From: Magallana gigas
Lineage: Eukaryota
Direction of reading: 5' to 3'
DNA: 64,000 bases
Assembly: GCF_963853765.1 (NCBI RefSeq)
Contig: NC_088857.1
Span: 22,506,001-22,570,000, forward strand
Positions within the stretch are counted from its first letter, which is position 1. Each line of letters starts with the position of its first letter. Positions 59,201-64,000 of this stretch are shown piece after piece. Made by a program: the position numbers and the translations under genes. The notes under the pieces are model-generated. The model searched no databases. It was not told the DNA's origin and was given only the letters and a program-made list of their open reading frames with translations.

Positions 59201-59918
59201 CCAAAGTGTGCCCAATCGGTTGGAGGGAAATTATTCAGGATACCTTAGTGGGAAGAAATACATTACGTAATTCAGGATACCTTAGTGGGAAGAAATACAT
59301 TACTTACCTAAGTCAAGGTTCTGTTGACAATCACTTTTGCTATATCATTTCTACCTTAATATCAGAGTCTACTTTCTCTACTTTCTCTATATAAGTGACT
59401 AACAGGCATAAATCTTGGGATGGTATAGAAATTACTGTAAACTTCTGGCAACCAACAATGAAAGTATCCTTAAAAAATCCTGATTATAACTAAACCCAAA
59501 TCCAAACACAAATTACACAATTGCTCACACTGAATAAAAATAGTAGGGAAAGTACAGCATTCAAAGACACAGTCTACCCTAATGCAAAATGACCTATCAA
59601 TGACCTATCAACACGTCATCACACTTTGTGTCTATATACCCACTTAACTAAATGTTAGCATTTTGACTTTGATACACTGTCCATACCAGGTTCTTGCATT
59701 AAAAAAAACAACAGTGTTATTTTCCTAGTACTTACATCATTACTTTGGTCGCGCTGGCAGGACTTGTCTGCGGTGTAGACTGGTTCCCTGTCCTTGGGGT
59801 CCGACGGAAACAGGCGACAGTAGAGTTTGTACAGGAGGTAGCTTCCTATTCCAAACCCAATACCAATGGCACAAAGTACTGTGGCCGCTTTGGCTGAAAG
59901 AAACGAGAGCCCAGACAT
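39382..59918 (-). CDS. OTULIN: Long model: N-terminal TM anchor, ~540-aa acidic/Ser-rich region, OTULIN domain (875 aa)
   Basis: Adds exons 59736-59918 (ATG 59918, donor GAT|GTAAGT) and 55300-56923 (acceptor TTTCAG|, phase-1 donor G|GTAAAT), joined in frame to 47950. Total 2628 nt = 876 codons. The linkage to the OTU exons is inferred from phase only. Confidence 0.6.
40831..40886. repeat. Perfect 25-bp direct repeat (period 31)
   Basis: CCCCACATTTTCTGTTAGTCAACAG twice. Confidence 0.9.
41810..42032 (+). mobile_element. HINE-like 3' end; related copy at ~54000-54135
   Basis: AAATTGCAGGTGCACATCTTCAGAT unit, GACA microsatellite, and terminal CCCCCC...GGGGGGTAT hairpin. Confidence 0.6.
43293..45056 (+). 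CDS. piggyBac transposase (PGBD-family DDD, 587 aa)
   Basis: Acidic N-terminus. Catalytic D226 (AIDESM), D305 (YCDNYY) and D412 (GAVDRSNQ), spaced 79 and 107 apart. C-terminal Cys-rich domain CIVC...C...CRQC...LCISPCFEIYH. No stops or frameshifts. Confidence 0.95.
   Translation: MADRDNIIEEIFADSDSDGEDNFEGFDLEDLNTTELDDESIHANYNVLNSELWNEGDRTPLPLSFEQEPGLQKEVSDSDSPIEYFELFLDDFDYQNISDETNKYADQFLANKQLKEKSRFKKWRDTTASEMKKFIAIVIAMAIITQMDISEYWTVNPVTSTPFFPSVMSRDRFLLLLAFLHLNDNDKYIPRGVEGHEPLFKLGPLYHRILTKFRSVYKPNQALAIDESMVAWRGNLSFRVYSPDKPVKYGLKAYVLCDSENAYCLRFKLYTGKKSVQPSENGATYDLIMDLMRNYFEKGHILYCDNYYSSPRLFMDLWVLGTGATGTVRSYRKGIPDKLKKAQLSNRGDTATMSYGPLSCLKYLDAKAVYLISTTDTSVNVETRRPDFMRNHEAKVRPSMVHVYDQKMGAVDRSNQMVENYKLGIKTMKWWKKLIFHIINIAIVNSYILYKENCSFNNAMVQRHFRRKLVEQLIQSSGGSITTPLGRPAPRVLERLTGRHFLDKLMEGEKPLHRQCIVCGPAEREMLPPLRPGEKRKRRCGHMTSYKCRQCNVSLCISPCFEIYHTKQEFLLAYKRSRLSSNSSTEE
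45228..45416. mobile_element. Fold-back/MITE nested in the piggyBac 3' region
   Basis: ~77-bp imperfect inverted arms (CAGAGTATTATTTGAATT...AAGAAAATTGCCCTT(A/G)GTTAGACT) around a ~35-bp spacer. Confidence 0.75.
48952..49245 (-). promoter_or_regulatory. Candidate internal promoter/alternative first exon of OTULIN (ATG AAA G|GTAACA)
   Basis: CpG-richer patch with E2F-like TTTTGGCGCAA (~49232-49242). ATG at 48958 and a phase-1 donor at 48951 are in frame with exon 47950 (MKGSLNIGPKQ..., 275 aa). Confidence 0.35.
50263..50402. mobile_element. 140-bp palindromic element (second family)
   Basis: ~57-bp imperfect arms AATAAGG(T/A)ATCATTCTTTGA(A/G)TATTATGAG(G/A)TGATAATTTTGGT.GGGGCGT(G/A)ATCAA; loop contains AAAGCCCTTC. 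Confidence 0.75.
50438..52691. mobile_element. Non-autonomous CMC/EnSpm-like element (2254 bp) with subterminal repeats and internal cargo
   Basis: TIRs CCGGTGTT(G/A)TATAG, TA on both sides, multiple CTATATAG/GGGGGAAAA subterminal repeats at both ends. Internal tandem units start at 50981, 51155 and 51351, with a 34-nt poly(A) at 51318-51351. Confidence 0.75.
53205..53950 (+). mobile_element. HINE-like element with ~3 Cg170-like units
   Basis: AACAAGAGGCCCATGGGCCACATCGCTCACCTGAG 5' end; repeated GTGGCCCCACCCTACTCCTGAAGATCATGATTTGAACAA units. Confidence 0.8.
55082..56923 (-). CDS. Large coding exon (acidic, Ser-rich, low complexity, short coiled coil); frame stays open to a stop at 55082
   Basis: 614 uninterrupted codons in AT-rich DNA; GC and codon composition are clearly coding. 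Confidence 0.85.
   Translation of the reverse strand, partial: ADVEENEMGNSGSNETVPVRYDAVNGVQFGSCRTRNQATSPILVRQRRPTKHQRSHRRSSDDDETRLLNPHEDSSSRVQEDLVDRLIHSASDISAAEPNSGSLKGNLSLKSLYERNYKYGFDEHFQSSKAHLYDSSGDSLQIDVSSSQDLLTVSSVLLTPPSDDDRNNQNQEKLAGEQKPSVKFSENIPDLISNLSATDCKDLIGDEINVADQSACVWQTTDSSNHTSPFHSSGSAKLFSNYTTDISGNLSVDDDEIDSSPLHRAKCPDGQFRQTLLQRLHEINTSSTSTSLNSSPDASPCRYARSNSCERQESLSGLSENEIFTESAEVGQSTGEYFEKIEHEVDDIVDEFADLTAKLDELKQLAAKHSSEDDMEYTPSDPLAKKACEFVEKAREKFHRSQSDTSLSESAVDTDGIDLSWDSEGQSQLKSLMKRVNSLPSKMVTESQGSYNNVDASDSEDKERKISTSDGAIIFLSDNFEACDKLLIGDSDVYSDQMDQGQTTLDELDTDSAFDMDPVELVSSREFSPGKDWAKLRKGGGGKWEKMVRRGKTPSYFISLLEGYYIDQNNNTFSFTVGVDSKTKKCQLFLAYAHSGYNETESKALSELFGYSI
59233..59303. repeat. 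Perfect 34-bp direct repeat (period 37)
   Basis: ATTCAGGATACCTTAGTGGGAAGAAATACATTAC twice. Confidence 0.9.
59736..59918 (-). CDS. First coding exon encoding a hydrophobic signal-anchor/TM segment
   Basis: MSGLSFLSAKAATVLCAIGIGFGIGSYLLYKLYCRLFPSDPKD...; perfect GTAAGT donor; phase 0 matches acceptor 56923. Confidence 0.75.
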
Positions 59919-61429
59919 AACTCAACATGCCTCCAAACACTTTAAACTACTGCAAAATTTTGTTGATGGTTGAGTATCAATTCTAAATCTTTACAAAACA
60001 ATGCATGCATTGGCATTCCAGCAACGCTCAGGAAGTGAGCAACAAAGTGGTGGTATATTTTTATTTTCAAAAATCTGCAGCAAAGAGCACACATTTAGTC
60101 TAAGAAAAGTTTTTATTGTTTAATGGGGAAGAAAAGTTCATGATCATATGAAATTAAGAGAAAGATGATACATGTATTTTATGATGCAATGCAACTGAAC
60201 AATTTTCAAGCATTCTCCCACTTTTTCAATGAAATTCTATGAAAAAAAAACATCTGCATTCTTAAGAAGAATTAAATATACCGGTACATGAAACCTCTGA
60301 TTTATCTTGCAATGAATGATTTTAGGCTTTTTTTAAATCCAACAATGAAATGATTCAATATCGATTTCTATAAAAATTTTCTTGAAAAACAAATCTTAAA
60401 AAAAGAATACATGGAGATAAAAGTACTAAATTCTGTTAGTACAGGTACACTGTGTTCGCTTAGTCATTACTCAATATGAGTACTAAGTTGATATGGACTT
60501 TAAAACATAAACTAGTTCTCCTTTTGTAAGCTCTCTACTGATAACAAATTTGTCAAAAAGAAAAATAAATAAATGCCATAATATTGGTATACTATAGTAG
60601 AAAGCGCTGAATAAATCCATAATAAGTTACCTATGATTGACTTGATCACATTTTTTAAACACTTCCTCATCATAGAAAATTTTTCCCTTTTATAAACTAG
60701 AGTCCTATTCCACCACAATCTTCTGAACTCCTAAGATAAGATAAACAGTCAAAATCAAAAGGCATGGTGTCAGCATATCCCAAGGGCTACAAATTGTAAT
60801 ATTTGTTACAGCATGTTACCTGTTAAAACAGATTATCTCCCTTTGGTGCAATTAAACTTCACACTCTCACCCCTCTAATTAAACACGTCACACACTGTTA
60901 ACATTAAGTCTGGTGTCACCCCTGCTGTGTTTGTATAACTATTATAAACCTTTTAACCCCATGCAGTAATAAGAACTATATGCAAGCAGGTATGGAATCA
61001 ATGGATTTGCAGATTAAAGTCTGAACAATGAATGACAGCACTTGCACTTAGCCTTGATTTTGCCATGCTAACCCCCACGTAATGGGTACACTACTAACAC
61101 AAGTTTATATCTGTGTACGAACTCTTGTCAAAAGGTGAATTTGTCAAGGTGATCGAATCAAAGGTAACACGTGTAATGCAATTGTACCAAAAGATTATAC
61201 AGTCTAGTTTATGAATGTCATTTACAATACTAAGGCAACAGTACATATAAAAAAAAAACAAGTTAACAAAATCCGTGATATCATGTGGCACTGCCATATG
61301 AATGCATTGTGGGATATGTATAACCTGATAGGACAAATACTAAACAGGCTGTTTTACTTAACAATCAAAACATTAGAAATAATCTTTTCCCCATTCAATT
61401 TTACAGCTTTTCTTACCATGCAGACTCAC

Positions 61430-61518
61430 CGTGATTCTTGAAAGGCTGAGGTAACACGAAAACCTTCACAATCACTGACATTTTCCTTACGGTTTTTTTC
61501 AAATCAAACAGCCATTTC
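61430..61518 (-). other. Possible 5' UTR exon of the TM/OTULIN gene
   Basis: CAG acceptor at 61519-61520 and ACG|GTGAGT donor at 61429. Its ATGs give only short or out-of-frame uORFs. Confidence 0.35.
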
Positions 61519-64000
61519 CTGCAATGGCTCACACCAGTCCATTCCAAACTACCCCCCCTTATTAAAGGCCGGCCACCTTCCCCTCCCAAACAGGAAGATA
61601 GATAGGACCTGCACTGCCCCTATCTCTAGCTTCTGATAACTTCTATTTGTAATTTCTATAACACCTGGTGCAAAGCCCATCAGCTGACTCATAACATCAA
61701 TATAAGCAGATGTATGCACAGTCAGGTATACAACACACATCAATTGTTGTATAATGTTTAATTTTCCGAAAATACTGACGAATCATTTTTTTTTAGGGGG
61801 GGGGGGGGGGGGAACCATTTAAAAAAGCCAAATAGCCCAATCAAGTGATAGGCCTTTAGACAAAAAAATGTTGGATACAGGTATTTTTTTAACCAGAAAG
61901 TTTGATAAAAGCCAAACTGCTTCCCTCGTAAAATGAAATAATTCCCTCAGGTCCTTTTGTTTTTAAATGTTGCATAAAACTCAAACAATGCCTGAAGGCA
62001 AGATTTTTACCTGCACAGATTGATAATAAAACAAGCTCAATTAAAGGGAAATTGATTGATGTACCTAGTGGAAAATAATATTGTCCCCCATTATCCCCTC
62101 CTACAATACATTTAGACTTTAGTACTTTGTACTTTAAACCTCTCCATAGCAAAATCTAAGCTAAACATAATCAAAAACCTAAATTACCATCCTCTCCTAG
62201 AAAAAAAAAATACATATCATATACCAGTACATACATTTTTTTTTATGTCCTTAAAAAAAGGATGTGTTGCCCAAAGTCTGTTTCTAAAAAATTAACTATT
62301 ATCGCACAAGGGTTTTTCGCTTTTTTCTTTAAGCAAAGGTGTTTAATAGCCATTACCTGATGGAACCAGAAAATCTGACAAAAACTTGGCAAAAGTCATT
62401 GGTGTCCCCAATGACATGGCACACAGGACTGGCAAAACAGTTCACATGGATTAAATTCCACAGACTTGTGTAGAAGGTACTTGAAATGTTACAAACAGGA
62501 AATCATTATTATACACTGTATATAAAACTTCATAGGAATTTAGATGCTAGACACACGGAATGAATGCATACACGGAATGAATGCATATGTGTAATTCCCA
62601 ACTTCCTTTTATTATTTATATATAGATTACAGTAGGACATGCTCTGATATCAAACAAGTTGGAACCACTAGTAAGCGATATCACTGAAGTACATGTACTA
62701 AGAAATACTTGAACAAATTGGTCTTACTTATAGTGTCCCTTTCAGTCTTTATGTTTAAAACACTGAGTACTTTATTACAATAAATATCTAGTATAAATTT
62801 CCTAAAAAAAAACTGACAGGACAAAAAAATGCATAAATCCAAAGACATGATCACATCACAACTCCTTAAATACAATGTACATGTTATAAAAAGGTTGTTA
62901 AAAAGGGAATGCTTCAAAATACATATATATTATCTCAAATACAAATTCAATTGATATCATGCAAGCTTACAAAACACTGATGTAGAAGATGGTGGGGAAA
63001 TATTGAATTTACGATCTGATTACTACTAATCCAGTCAGATTTTGATACTTGTGTGAGGTTATGACGCTGGTTTTAGGTTGAAATGAAAGGCATGAAATCA
63101 CCAAGTTTCCTCAGCACTTGTATCACCAATACAATGAAAAAAATATATACAATGCCTTAAAACTTGATCTTTATAATCATCATGATCATTCAACTAACTA
63201 ATTTTGATTGTCAATTTGGATGATACACACCGACCCAATAATGACCAATAATGGCAATTTAACCAGCCACCAAGCAATATGAACAATATCTAAACATGAT
63301 ATCTATGGACGGCACCCCCCCCCCCCTTTAATCTTACTGTTATCTATCTATGGAAGATTTTTGGTTTTCCCCTCTCTTAGTAGGACTATTGATTCGGTAG
63401 ACTACAATCTCTTTCTTCCTAAATGTGAGTACCGTGTACAACATCAATCGATAGATCTGGACATTTCAAATGATTCCAGTTGGATTACAATGTGGTGTAG
63501 ATATACACCCAATAAACACACCATCAAAAGCCTTTGTACATGTGACAAAGCTGCCAGTCATTTTATTGCAATATCATATTGCACCGGATTGTGATACAAT
63601 TGGATTGAATCAATATATTCTTTGCAAAACGTAGAGGCATCATGTTTGAATTCCTGTAATTGCTTCATTCATTTTATAAGGACACTTGGCTGCTGGAACA
63701 TTCTATCCACGTCTGAGGCTATTGGGGGTTAGCTGCTGGTCATACCCTATTCTACCTTCTCCCCCTTTTTATTGTTATTTACTTTAATAACATCCTGATG
63801 ATACCAATGCATTAAAAGTCAAGGATGAATAATCTGATAATGATAGAAAATTTGGAAAAATATGAATTGAGCAGTTTTTGAAATGATGGAAAAAAGACAC
63901 ACCAAAAACAACATACATATGCATCAACATTAAAGCTAACTGAAAGTCTAATAATATTATGCACACATGCATATTCATGTAAACAAAACATGTTTAAGTA

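Noticed and set aside
59740-59940. 66-aa overlapping minus-strand ORF as the true N-terminus
   Set aside because: It stops before the GTAAGT donor and is out of frame with the large exon; at most an overlapping uORF.
61430-61518. Coding N-terminal extension MSVIVKVFVLPQPFKNH
   Set aside because: Splicing to any acceptor near 59949 gives a stop or the wrong frame.

Overview
AT-rich animal genomic DNA. The repeat content resembles Crassostrea/Magallana oyster; that species assignment is inferred. Three spliced genes lie head-to-tail on the minus strand, with every exon junction checked by hand for GT-AG and reading phase. (1) The 5' part of HELLS/LSH runs off the left edge. (2) A complete PACSIN/syndapin gene has a symmetric NPF-bearing cassette exon. 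(3) An OTULIN-family Met1-deubiquitinase locus has an intact C/H/N triad and can be spliced in frame to an N-terminal transmembrane exon and a 1.6-kb acidic disordered exon. An apparently intact 4.4-kb piggyBac (TTAA TSD, 13-bp TIRs, 587-aa DDD transposase) sits antisense in an OTULIN intron. The rest is dense in non-autonomous elements: Helentron/HINE-like elements carrying ~170-bp satellite units, hAT, CMC/EnSpm-like, Kolobok-like MITEs with a tRNA-derived core, a LINE 3' remnant and long palindromic elements. Top leads are a membrane-anchored, catalytically intact OTULIN with possible soluble and decoy isoforms, two copies of a palindromic element whose cores are flip/flop isomers, and the intact piggyBac. 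No searches were run, so family names rest on recognised motifs.
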